This document shows positions 23,747 to 36,313 of a DNA stretch of 64,000 bases, in pieces. This DNA is from Saccostrea echinata (Eukaryota). The stretch is taken from the NCBI RefSeq assembly GCF_033153115.1, contig NW_026889782.1, positions 10,106,001 to 10,170,000 of the forward strand. Reading direction: 5' to 3'. The notes under the pieces are model-generated. The model was not told the origin of the DNA, made no database searches, and saw nothing but the letters and a program-made list of their open reading frames with translations. Each line of letters starts with the position of its first letter. Position 1 is the first letter of the stretch. A program made the position numbers and the translations under genes.

Positions 23747-24950
23747 CAGGGAATTATTTAATCTCAGACTAATTATAAATCCTGGATTTTCAGAAAATTT
23801 TGAAATCAGGTGTAGTGCCTGAAGACTAACTTAGTTTTGCTTGAAATATCAGTTTTTACTGTAGTAGATACTGTCTAAATGGGTAAGTGTGTATATAAGA
23901 AGCTAATATAATTGAATTTTATTGTTTATTTTTATTCATTCATGTTTTCATTGTGTTCCAATTTCATATTTTTATTGTTTTTATTGATCATAATTATCAT
24001 TTCTAGGGTAAGTGCCTTTAATGCAGTGCATCTGGTGTTCTACTGTTGTATCTGTAGAAATTAATGACGCATGCGCAGATGGGGGTTAGTCGATGCCTGG
24101 CATCAAAAACTGACTAACCCCCATCTGCGCATGCGTCATTATTTTCTCGCTAAATTCTGCAGTTTTCTGCAATCAAACGGCGATATTAAAATAATCCATC
24201 GAATGTCCGTCATTAAATTATCCTACGACTCCACTGTTATCGCAAAACGTTCCTTCCGAATTGTAGATATCCATTAAACATTGCCAACAACGCACGGCTT
24301 CATAGTCCCCATGAATGAAGACCCGACTGAAGAAATGACTCGCAGCAAACGAAAATACATACCGATGCGTATTCAGCACGACAACTGCAAACACCTACAT
24401 ATGTTTCCACAACCCTAACAACTTTTAAATCCAACGAAACGCCCAGAAAAACGCAGCGATGTAAACACTACCAAATTTACAGCAGCTTCCTAATGCAGAC
24501 AACCACTACTCGACGTCACAGTTGTAAAATACGACGTCACAGGTACACTGTTTTCCCGAACTTTTCTAAAGCAAAATGGCGATTAAGCATTGTACGTAAT
24601 ATAAGGCATACTGTCTTTGTTGTTCAGCACACGTACTTTTAATTGTTTGCAAAAAGTTCTCCTTCAACCAGGTAATTAAATATCACAAGAGGAAAGGAAA
24701 CGGGAATGTCTTTAGTAGAGAAATCGGTCTTGGAAAAATTGAAGATCCATGATCCGCCCACTTGTTTCACCTCCAGCTAAGAGGTGCATATTTATTGTGC
24801 AAATCGAGAGTTTTCAAGCCATTGTGACGTCACCCTCTATAATTTGTAACAGATCGGTGAAATCTTATAAATGAGTCATTAAAAAAAAAGTAAGAAAGAG
24901 TTAGACTGTGGAAAACATTAGTTTGAAGTCTTGTGTACCATAAACAAATT
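23747..24950 (+). repeat. Left arm of a ~1.2-kb long inverted repeat
   Basis: Reverse complement of 36314-37494; begins cagggaattatttaatctcagac; the same 68-aa ORF is reported in both arms (24071-24277 +, 36967-37173 -). Confidence 0.97.
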
Positions 24951-27488
24951 CCCAAGCCCTTGTGACATCACTCTTAAAGTTGCAATGACGGGGAACAGAG
25001 AAAATACTGCGCCATAAATATATTAATAATAGTATTTAGATACACGAGTCAGATTAATCCACCCCGTGTCCTCTTTTCTTGTACTTTACAAACGTAGTTT
25101 TTAAGACAGACCCCCCCCCCCCCGGCGAAAAACGGATCGAGTACTCAGTTCAAATATTTTTTTTTTTAATTTTCATTATCAAAATATATAACTTTGTATT
25201 GGCTTCAAAAAAAAAAAAATATTGAACAAGTTAAATTGATGCAAAGCATCAAATCGACCTCAAAAATATATAAAGCAAAAATATATAAAGCATTCTGAAG
25301 TAATTCCAAAAGAAAGAGTCCAAAAAATGCATCTATGGCAGAATCTTGGAGAGGTGGATCTAAGAAAAAAAAAAAACAACTTTTAATTATTTTCTTCAGT
25401 CGCATGTCTGATGCACCTTGGAATTTAGTGGGTTTTTTTTATTATAGCCTTAAAATATTTCTGAATCTAGGCAGAATCCACAGTATGCATGTCTTTCTAA
25501 GACACTGCGAGTTACCCCATACCCTGCATATTTCACTTACCCATTGAGAAGAAGGTAAACATGGCCTATTTACACCCTTCATACGTTCAAAGGCAACCTT
25601 TCTCAATATTTTAAATTTTAATTCTCTTCCTCAGACACTCTCCTTGCTATCTATGCCCTAAAATCAGTCCATTCCACCCCGTACGCATCCTAAGACATAT
25701 TTAGGGGAAAAACCCCTGCGTTTTGCGTGGTCAATGAAATGGGGTAAAATTAGTAACCTGTGGCACACTTATACTTTCTAAAATCAAATTAAGGGTTACA
25801 TACAAATTCCAACATCTATTTTAATTTTGCTTACTGTTTACTCCTTTATTTTCTATAATTGTATGTTTCATTTTAGATGGATAATTATTATTATTATTGA
25901 GCACATAAAATATTGAAATTATGTCCCCCCCCCCCCCCGAAAAAATAATTAAAGGCGTCGTATTGTTCTCTAAAAAATTTTTAAAACTTTAATCTTAAAT
26001 CTGTAAAAGTTTTGGATCCTTCTCTCAACACTGCTGACATAATTTGTCTCGGATAATATAAAGATGAGCGTAAGCCAGCGTTAATTGCGCTTTGATTGAA
26101 TTAAGTCTACATGCAGCTACACCAGAGAAAGTCGATTGAATTTCTTCCCATGTAGAAAAGTACATCTTTATGATAGATTTTTAAACTTGTTCGACTTTTC
26201 TGTTATCTATTATCCCCTCGCAACGGAGTTGCGTGTTTGTTTGTGGGTGAGTGAGCTAGTTCTGTGCGAAACGGAAGTGACGTAATTTGCATTAAGATCT
26301 ATGTCGGATGCTGCCTTGGCTTATGGATAATAAATTGCGCAGCTCGATCACTATAAAATAGTATGCTACTAATCTATTATTATTATCATTTTCTTTAGCT
26401 TCATGTGGTTTTCTAACTTCTCAATACTTTTGCCCCAGTTTCAGACAATTGTGGATATGTTACAAATCTTGCATTTTCACGAGTATCTTATTTGTGGTAT
26501 TGCAATCTTCCATTTATACCTACATGATAAATATAACATGGTTAATATTCTACCATATTACGATATTTTAATATTATTTAATTAAATGTGACCTTATTGT
26601 AATAACTGTATTTGCCCTCTGAGGGCCCTTGATTGGTGAATAAACATACTATTATACATCATATTTCAACAACATGGGAATGGGAAGGGGCTGTAAGCCT
26701 TTGAATGAAATTGTCCATACAAGGACTCTTTTTAGACAAACTATTATTGCGCAGATTTAGAGGGATATCTGGAGTGTCCAACTCCACTCTCGGATATTTT
26801 CTGGGATATAAAATTTAAATAGCAAAGTAAACCAAAATGACACCCCACCCCCACCCCCACCCCCCGTTAAAATATTCAGACATTTAGGACACCCTGTAAA
26901 ATGTGATCGAATGAGTCAATTACATGTCCTAACACCCGCTCCCAAATAGGTTGTTCACTTATTCTTGGCTACTCCAAAAAATTGGTATCGGATTTTTTTT
27001 CGGTTGGAGTAGCCTACTCATTCTCCTAACCTCAAAAAATAATAACACGTTTCAAAACACACCATCATGTAAGAAATATTAATTTGTTTATATATCACAT
27101 AAATTAATCCTTCTAAATGTAAATCCTGTCTCTCCATATAGAGTCCCTGCATTGATGATGGTTTTCCTGGTCGATGTTCACAGGATCGACTTGTAGTACT
27201 AGTAATGCAGTGCTGGATTTTCAAACTCGCAATCACGTGGCAATATTGTATAGGAAACAGATCATGTCACATTTTGATAAAATATTTTGGAGAAAAAAAA
27301 TAATGACAGTGAAGGTAACATTATGTAAGCAAAATCATATAACTGTTCTTTCCTTGCTGGGAAAATTGTTAGACTTGAGTAATGCTTTTATAATATGCAC
27401 AGTATTTTTTCTTCTTCGAACAACAGTTAACACTTTACATGGAATTCCTTAAATGTAGACTAAATATTATCGATAATGTAAACCTTTT

Positions 27489-28114
27489 GTTTTTTGTTTG
27501 TATGTTGTTTAACGTCCCTCTCGAGAATTTTTCACTCATATGGAGACGCCACCACTTGCCGGTGGAGAGCTGCAAATTTTGTCCTATACTCGGCACTTAC
27601 GGCCATTGAGCAGTGAGGGATCTTTTTCGTGCCAGCACCTACTGCGACACGGGACCTCGGTTTATACGGTCTCATCCGAAGTAGGGGTGAAACGATACAC
27701 CTCCTTCACGGTTCGATACGTATTGTATAATTTTGTCTCGGTTCGGTTATTTTCGATACGATACATTTTGATAGAAGGAAACAAATTCTACGTTGTTTTA
27801 TGCTTTCTTTTTCTAAATCTAGTCACATATTTTACGAATTTTATTTGCAAATTGACTAGAAGAAATTGATTAAAATTATTTGACTGTCAAAAATTATTTT
27901 ACAAGCTATCAGTCATCAAAAATTTACGTTTTCTATACTTATTTATACTAAGTAACGTGTTATACCTTATGCCAAACCCGACTGAATAACGATCCCGACC
28001 GAAAAATGAACCGAACCGAAAATTTGAGATTTTGCACCGTGTATCAAACCGAGAAAAAATACCGCGGTGCATCGATACCGCGGTGAACCGTTTCACTCCT
28101 AATCCGAAGGACCG
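27489..28114 (-). mobile_element. tRNA-derived SINE body, interrupted by a hAT MITE
   Basis: 27489-27681 matches 30517-30710; resumes after the MITE with atccgaaggaccg. Confidence 0.8.
27682..28101. mobile_element. hAT-superfamily MITE (420 bp)
   Basis: TIRs taggggtgaaacg / cgtttcactccta (12 of 13 match); perfect 8-bp TSD ATCCGAAG at 27674-27681 and 28102-28109; subterminal cgatac/aaccga repeats. Confidence 0.92.
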
Positions 28115-30513
28115 TGTAAGCCTTTTGTATTTATATGCTATTTTTAAACATCTCGTTTCAGCTGATGCATAAAAAGAGAGATTTCTTTTTATTGACAATG
28201 CAGACCCGTAGAATGTCGGGAGGGGGGGGGGAGGGTCTAAGCATAGTTTTTCACTGTTGTCAATCTTTATTTAAATGCTTCCTGCAGTCTCCCCGTTTTG
28301 TTGCAGCATTAAGATCGAGCACTCGCAAACTCCTGCAGTTGAAAAAGAAATGTACTAATGTATACCACCACCCCCACCCCCCTTCGAAATAGGTGTTTTG
28401 AGTTTGGAGACTTTAGCCTTTTTTTACTGCATAAATATGATAAATATTGCATCTCAAAGTAATTGCCAAAAAAATCTTAGTAAATGATATTTATAATTAA
28501 GTGTCAGTGCATAATATCAAATAAAGTAGTTCGTCGTATAATGTAAGCGTTATTGTTTATATTTGCCGTAACATGGAATCAGCTACAAGCTTATCCTTTA
28601 AAAAGAAAGCTGACCTAGCACTGTGGCCATCATAAAACACACAAGTAGATATCTGAACCATTGGTTTAAGTTGCTGAATCGATTAATTATAAATAAAAAG
28701 GCATAGTGGTGAACTGGGGGGGGGGGGGGTCAATTCAGAAAGTTGAATCTAGAGTGGGGTTCACATCGGCAATGGCATTACTCATTAGTCATGTTATAAG
28801 CATTCTGTAGTTTACTGTAATTTAAATTTTAAGGTAAAAAAATTAAGAGATCAGTAGAACCAATGAGCACTAAGTTTAGAATATCCCATGCAGTGTGGTA
28901 CTGTTTTGTAGCAACCGCATCATCTTTCCGGCAAGCTCGGCAAGTATATCAGAGGTTGTTATCCGAGCGTATCAGAAAGTAGTTAAGAAAAGCTAGATAT
29001 TTATCATAATTTTAGAATTAACTGATATATTCAGTCTTTGCATTATAAGACCTAGGTAATTGTTATTTTTCGTACATTTATGTACAGGTTAAACAACAAA
29101 GCACGAATCTTTTACAGATAAGAAACGAAATTGTCATGGTACAGTTTATCTACAGTTGTATTCCCAGGATGCCCTACCGTGAGGTCGAGCATGCGTATTC
29201 CAGAAAAAAAGAGTAACGTAGTTGCTAGCGAACCGATCACAAAAAATAACAAGTAAAATTGATGCAAAGCATTAAATCGGCCGTAAACAAAATGTAGCAG
29301 TTTAAAAAAAGTATTTTCACAAGTAAGCTTTTAAGAAAAGCACAAGATATTCAAAGCTGAAAGTGTTAACATTTTTATTTCAGGATACAACCCCCCACCC
29401 CCACCCCACCCACCCCCCCCCAAAAAAAAAGAATGAAAGAGCAAAAAATTGCAAGAAAAAAGGAATTTCATTGCTTTTGCTCATCAAATTGATTCATCGA
29501 TAAGAAAATCAGTAACAAGTAAATGATAATAAAATTTGAAATAATACATAAATTATAATAACATTTAAGACTTTATTTAAAACAAGTTTTTAAAATATTT
29601 AACTCTAATTTTTATGCATGTAATAATCAACGAATTAATTTACCAAACCAAAAGAGAAATAACACCTCATTTTCTCATGCGCACTTTCTAACACAACCAC
29701 AAATAGATCGGCTGCTCCTGCGGCCGATAATAAAAAGAGAAAATATGTTGTAAAATTTGTTGTGACACTACGATAATTTATTTTTGGTACATCACATTTC
29801 AGTAGTAATCATTAATATTGTATAATCACGTAACATAGATCCAGGGTAGTGTGATGATCACACGTGCAAAGATTGCTGTCGATTTCATTCTTTGTTTTCT
29901 TCTCCAACTGTAATTGGCAAAACGGCAGCAAGAACATTTTAATTAAGTTTTTTTCTGTTTAGCGTCCATTCATCTTTCAAAAATCTACTCATCTATATAG
30001 TTCTTACTATTTTAAGAGCGACAATGGATCGACAAAAGGAAGACTTAAGTGTTTTTCATAATAAACAAAGAAAAAAATATATTGTAAAATACACGGTAAT
30101 GCCTAAAATGAACACACTTGCGCTTTGATGGTGTTGTATTTTTGCTGTATTTTCCTCAAATGTTACCGATTTGAAAACGCAAAGTACACTTCAAATTACT
30201 TTAAATAAATAAATGCATTCAGTACTTCAATGTAAACACAAACATTGGGCTAATCCAGGAGAGGTAAGGTAAAAGCACTTAAAACAACATCAATATTAAT
30301 GCTTGATAACGACATTCAATTGAAGTTTTTGCAGATAGAGACAGATAGAAGGACCGACGGGACAAAGCATTATGCCACCATCTAAGTTCGTCGGGGGAAA
30401 AATATTCTTCTAGCAAATTCTTCTGAGTTTCATAGTTAAAATTGTTGGCACATTCAATCTCATTTAACAAGCATGCATTCAAATCTCAATAGTTTGGATA
30501 CATAACTCAAAAT

Positions 30514-30816
30514 CTCTGTTTGTATGTTTGTTTGTATGTTGTTTAACGTCCCTTTCGAGAATTTTTCACTCATGGAGACGTCACCACTTGCCGGTGGAGA
30601 ACTGCAAATTTTGACCTATACTAGGCACTCAGGGCCATTGAGCAGTAAAAGATCTTTTTCGTGCTAGTACCTACTGCGACATGCTCGGTTTACATAGACT
30701 TATTCGAAGGACTTGTCTCCGCGTCCCGTAGTGGATTCGAACCCGCGACGTAAGGATCAACTACATACTCCGCAACTCTATAGCAGACGTTCTAACCACT
30801 GCGCAACCCTAACGAC
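30514..30816 (-). mobile_element. Full-length tRNA-derived SINE (possibly MetaSINE superfamily)
   Basis: Minus-strand A box (gcagtggttagaacg) and B box (gggttcgaatcc); (caaa/cata)n tail; 11-bp TSD TAACTCAAAAT at 30503-30513 and 30817-30827. Confidence 0.88.
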
Positions 30817-33444
30817 TAACTCAAAATGAAGTACATGTATCTAATCACTAGTTAAAATATTAAACAAATGCTAATATTTGTGTCTGTAATTCATTAAACT
30901 GGAGTTCACAGGATATTCAAACATTATCTTTACTTTCAAAAAAAACAAAAAACAAACAAATCCTCCGCTGCTTTATTTGTGTATTAAACAGGGGCTTGAA
31001 AATGAAGCGCAAAGCATAATCACTTAAAAATGAAAAAGAAATGAAATGACAGTACATTAGTTATATGACGTTTTGTGTGAAAATACTATCAAGCATACTT
31101 TACAGAGTGGATTGATCATGTGTTTAAAAAAGGGGGGGGGGCGATCGTCCGAGTAACTATATGCTTATTCGATCTTACAAACAAAGGGTAAAGCATTAAT
31201 TAATGTTTGTGGCCACCAAATCCATGACTTCAAAACTTTTCATCTGGATTGAACAAAGAAAAAAATTCATTCAAAAGAATTCACAAATGATTTGCTGGCA
31301 TCATGAGGAATAAATCAAGCACGAAGCATCGTTTTTCAAGAAATGGGGGGGGATAACTGATGACGTCTGAAAAATTTTGATAAGCATACCCCCTTTCCCG
31401 AAAAAAAAAAAGAAATAAAAGAAAAATACCTAAACTTGCAAAACTTACTTGGGGGGGGGGGGGGTCAATTTAGTACCATTAAACCTGCTGAAGAGACTTC
31501 TATACAATAGCCAGGAAACTTGCTAATGCTCTAAAGAACAAAACAGTAAAGCTACAGTCTCATCAGACACTTCATTTTTTTTTAAAGTACAGATGGGATT
31601 GCAGGTACATGACTGTATTGAGATGCATGCATAATACGTTACCGTAGATTTCTGTAACATGATTTTCACCTCTAATTTTACATACTCAGTAAATTAAAAT
31701 GTTATCAGATAAATATATACAAAACACGGTATCACTATATTTCATTTAACCGAAAGCCAAGGCTTGATGCGCGAGTCAAAGGAGGACGAAATGTGTGTGT
31801 AATCTCTTAATTTTTTGTCTTTACAAAATTCAGGAGGCAAAGGCATGTTATGTTATTACTTCTGTTTAATTCGTTTTAGACTTTCCGATGAGGATGACAG
31901 TTATTAGAATAATAATAAATAACGTAATATGCAACTTCAGGAAATACAAGTACCGTAATCCCCCTCCCCTTTTTTTATTTTTGTTGAATGGATTATTCAG
32001 TAAAGGTCGACAAAATATTCTGATGGTGTTTTTGATAAATATTAAAATGGTTATTGAAGGAATCTAACTTGCGAAGAACAAAATAAAACACTCACGGCCA
32101 GCACCTAGACCATTTGACAGACTAATCGATTTATGAAAGCATCTTTTAGTGATCGAGTTTTCACTTGATAAAATATATATATAAGTTTCTCTGAAACAAA
32201 AATCGTAAACAAAAATTTGAACTTCAGAATGTTTTTAATGTTATTTTTAATGTAGAAGAACTGCTCTCTTAGACGATAGAAATAGTCCAGTCAATCTAGC
32301 CCTAAAACACCCTAACCTTAAACAAATTGCAACAGAAATTATTCCAGTAGAATTTTGTTATTTATAATGTGCCTTTTGATATATCAAAACTCTAGAAGAA
32401 TATATTTGTCCAAACATCATTTTTTCAGTTTTCAAAAAAACCGATTTCTGTTCAAAAATGCCGATAAATCACTGTTTAAAAAGACATTCTATTTACGCAT
32501 AATAAAAGTTTTGCCATCTATATGATCTTGAATTTTCTTGGTAGGTCATGCAGAAATGCGTCTGCAAACTGAAACTGGTAATTATTTCATTAATTGGTAT
32601 GGATTCCTGTTCCCATGGCAACGGACATAACTGAAAATAAAATTTTTCCAATTCCTCAGTATGGCTTTGTGCAGGGACAAAGAATGTGTAGCCATAGTAG
32701 GAATGACAAGTTTTATTAGTTAAGATAATTTAAAAAAAATTTATATATAGTGGACAATTAAGCACACACATGACACATCTCAGGAATTTTTATCGGGGGG
32801 GGGGGGGGGTCATATCAAATATCACAGATGTCAAGTCTCGGAATTTTTCTGACAAGCAAATATAAATAGATAAATAAACAAATAAGTAAAAAGAAAGAAA
32901 AATAAATAAATGAAATTAATTATTCATTACCTCAAACTTGAAAACCTTTTTCGGGGGGGAGGGGGTCTTTTTTTCATAATGCACATGACTTCTTGCCTTT
33001 TAAATAAGTGTCCTGGGGAATGGGTTCATAATGCACATGACTTGTTGCCATTTTAATAAGTATCCTGGGGAAATGGGTTCATGGACATATCTTTATTACT
33101 TTTACATAGAACATTTTAACTCTTGAAAATCTCAGGGGGAGGGGGGTCAGCCCCCCCTTCCCGACATATCTCGCTTTATAGCAATGCATGCATAGGACAT
33201 TCATCTGAAATACGTCATACCTATGGATACGTAACACTTGAACTAAATCTTAAAAGTCAGATTTTTTCCCCATTGGTTTTATTTGAAAGGTTAAAGAAAT
33301 AAAAGAAAAATCGTAAAAATCCACTGAAGGAGCCACATTATATTCAATATAATGTTCATTGTTAGTTTTTATATCTCCTTTGGATTTATTTTGTAATTTG
33401 TGTGTGTGTTTGGGGGGGGGGGGATATCACATTATTAATTAAGT

Positions 33445-33628
33445 TCTCGGCACTTTGAAGTAAACGTTGCAGGTCTTTAGGATGAGATGATAAAGAAACC
33501 TCACTGCCCAATGGCCGTAAGCGCCGAGTAAAGGTCTAAATTTCAAGCTCTTTGCCGGTATATGGTGACGTTTTTCAATAAGTGAAAAGTTCTTGAACGG
33601 GGCGTAAAACAAATTACAATCAACCAAT
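33445..33628 (+). mobile_element. Degenerate SINE, 3' part
   Basis: cactgcccaatggccgtaagcgccgagt...ggtgacgt...agtgaaaa...cgtaaaacaa is the reverse complement of the 30514 and 47728 SINE bodies. Confidence 0.75.
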
Positions 33629-34116
33629 CTTCGCTAGCGCAGCTTTTAGAGGTTTAGAGTCATTTTTTATGACAATTAAATTACCTATCTGATCATTTTC
33701 TATGCTCTTTTAAGTGATAGATTTCACTTATCGTGATAGGAAAATAGTATTTAAAAAAAACTTTTCTTAAATATGCAGGTGAATTTGGGATGCTACTTGG
33801 AAAATAGTCGATAATGTTGTGCAGTTTTTAAAAAGCTGAAATGCACAAATCTATTACATAATAGGATGTGTTTTAAAAAAAACAAAAATTCCACAATGCG
33901 GCTTATTTCAAAGACTTCCTGTAAAATTAGATCCCTCATGTGACCCTACTTGGATCCGGGGTTATGATAAGAACAAACTAGAAGCGAAATGTGAATCAAA
34001 GTGACACAAATATAATGTTTAAGAAATATGTTTACAAATTACAATAAAATATACTGAGGTACATAATGAGCATCATTATAGTGAATATGCACACACCCAA
34101 AAAAATTCAAGAATAA

Positions 34117-34351
34117 GGTCATCTTTAAAATATTGTTTGTTTGTCCTCTCCTGAATCAGGGTAAAATTATTATTAAGTCGGTAGGTAGGTGGGAAAATAT
34201 TTTTTTCTAGGCAATTTCAACATATTTGTTGACAGCATAAGAGGAATAAAATAAATATGATGTCCTGGAATGTAAAATAAAAGTTTTGAGTCGGGCCATT
34301 TTTAGTCAGTCGGTTGGGAGAAGGCAACCAAACAATTTTTTAAAGATGGCA
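34117..34351. mobile_element. ~235-bp MITE, copy 1
   Basis: Imperfect TIRs (tgtttgtttgtcctctcc / gggagaaggcaaccaaaca); same family as 41529-41761. Confidence 0.6.
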
Positions 34352-36313
34352 TTAATCTAAATTTTTTTAAATAGCAAAGTAGATCTCACTAATCTAATCA
34401 ACATTCTAAAGAAAAAAATCTTTAAACAAGGTCATACACCAAAATATAACTTTTAGATAATAAAATATTTTTATGTTGCAATAATACCACTAACGACTTT
34501 CCATATATTATTTCCCCTATATATATAATGTTTCCAATATCTAATAAAAGAGAAGTAAACACTAATTTATATATGTGCATGAGTTATTATTAATTGGAAG
34601 ATTGAATTTTTACAGAAATACATGATTAATATATAATTTCCTGTGATTCATAGACCCATATTTTGATAGAAAGGTTCCTACATGCTTAAAAATTGTGACA
34701 CAGATAATAATATACTAAGATTTCAACATTATATCGCTAAGTTTAGACATATATAAGATTCTCAGATCTGATATCTTCAGTGCATTGGTGAAATTTAAAC
34801 CTAAGCGTGTATACAAAATGAATTATAAATTTTATTATGCTTGTTTAAGAAGAAAAGTGGTTTGTTTCCAGTGGTTAAAATTGTCTCCCTTGGTGCATAT
34901 GGTAGCACGTTTCTGCAATACATATTTTATCAGAACAGTAAATATTTATTTCTGAAAAAGACATCTTTCGCCTTTATATATTTTTCTAGAGTTTTTATAT
35001 GTTGATTATAATACAATTTACTAATTATAAATAAAGAAAAAAATTCTGTTGCAATTTGTTTAAGGTTTATGACAATTTGACTGGACTAAAATTGAGCAAT
35101 TGTCATTTAACGGAACTAAAAGCGCGGCACTTCCGTGAGCAGTGTTTGGTAACCCCCCCCCCCCCAACCGCCCTTCTTTTCCTCCACAATTCTGAGTGAC
35201 ATTTCCTTCACAGGTGGCCTGGCAGGTATAATAGTTCAAGTAAAACTGATGAGCATGTTATATCTTTATATTGCTATTCATAATTAAATAGATATGTATA
35301 GCACAAGAGTTTTGATGGAAATGTGCTACATGTATTACACCGAATTTGCATATTTGAAGAATTTTTCCCCGTTAATGACAGATCTACTAGAAATTATAGG
35401 GAAAGAATGGAGCGACTAATAGTATATTCGGGGGATATCATAAATGTACTTAAAATACGTCGACAGTAACATATATCTCACTCATTCCATATACTTCGAT
35501 TTTTCGGCAAGTTACAATATAGCTAAGATTTTAGTCGAACTTTTAATCTATAAAGACTAGTTAAAAATTATAAAAAGCTATTTTATATCCATATATCTCG
35601 GCTGAACTAACGGTAAATATTTATAGAAATGTCTCTTGCACCTGTGCTCAATGGAGGATTTCAAGGGGATGTTGGGGAGATGTCCGCAAACACCCCATAA
35701 CCCCCCCCCCCCCCACACACACACACACACACACACACACAAATACACACGGACACACACTAAAAATTCTTATAATACATCTTAATTTTGTTTGTATCAG
35801 GAGTCTATAAATAAAGTGTGAACAAAAGCATGTGTGTCGATATTTCAATAGAGAAACTTACGAATTTCACCGAGTATACGGGGGAATTTTTCCTGGTGGG
35901 GGTAGGTATATATCTAGAATTTTTTTTAAATATTTAATATAAAAAAGGGGATCATTATCCAATATAATATAAAATCGCTGGGGATTTATAGATATTTTAA
36001 CAGAAATCAATTTGCTAAGGGACCTGTATTTATACACAACAAGAAGTCGACCCCCCACCCCCACCCTGTGCCAGTCACACCCCCTCCCTGTTCCAGTCAA
36101 CCCAGTCTTGATCATATACAAATCAATCAATAAAAGGGTTCAATACAAATTTATTTCGGGGGCAGGTGGGGTATCTCAAATAAACGGATTATCTACAGTA
36201 TATTTACATGTACATCAAGTACTATCATATTGTATTACATGTACATCAAGTACTACTATATTAATGCTGCCTTGTGGAGAATTGTTGTGCCTTACACCTG
36301 ATTAATCAGTAAT

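Larger units (their letters stand above)
32283..35088. mobile_element. Non-autonomous DNA transposon with TAG...CTA termini (Academ-like), 2.8 kb with nested inserts
   Basis: Left tagtccagtcaa...aaccttaaacaaattgcaacagaa, right ttctgttgcaatttgtttaaggtt...ttgactggacta; AAA on both flanks (possible 3-bp TSD). Confidence 0.7.

Noticed and set aside
23819-23850. CTGAAGA...TGAAA hammerhead-like motif in the left arm
   Set aside because: The right arm lacks the CTGAAGA box and the stems are unconvincing.
24071-24277. Identical 68-aa ORF in both inverted arms (also 36967-37173)
   Set aside because: It starts inside the palindrome and has no recognisable motif; identity simply reflects the DNA repeat.
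30730-30810. tRNA-like A and B boxes (also ~48000-48045 and ~53500)
   Set aside because: They are SINE heads joined to SINE bodies, with no complete cloverleaf.
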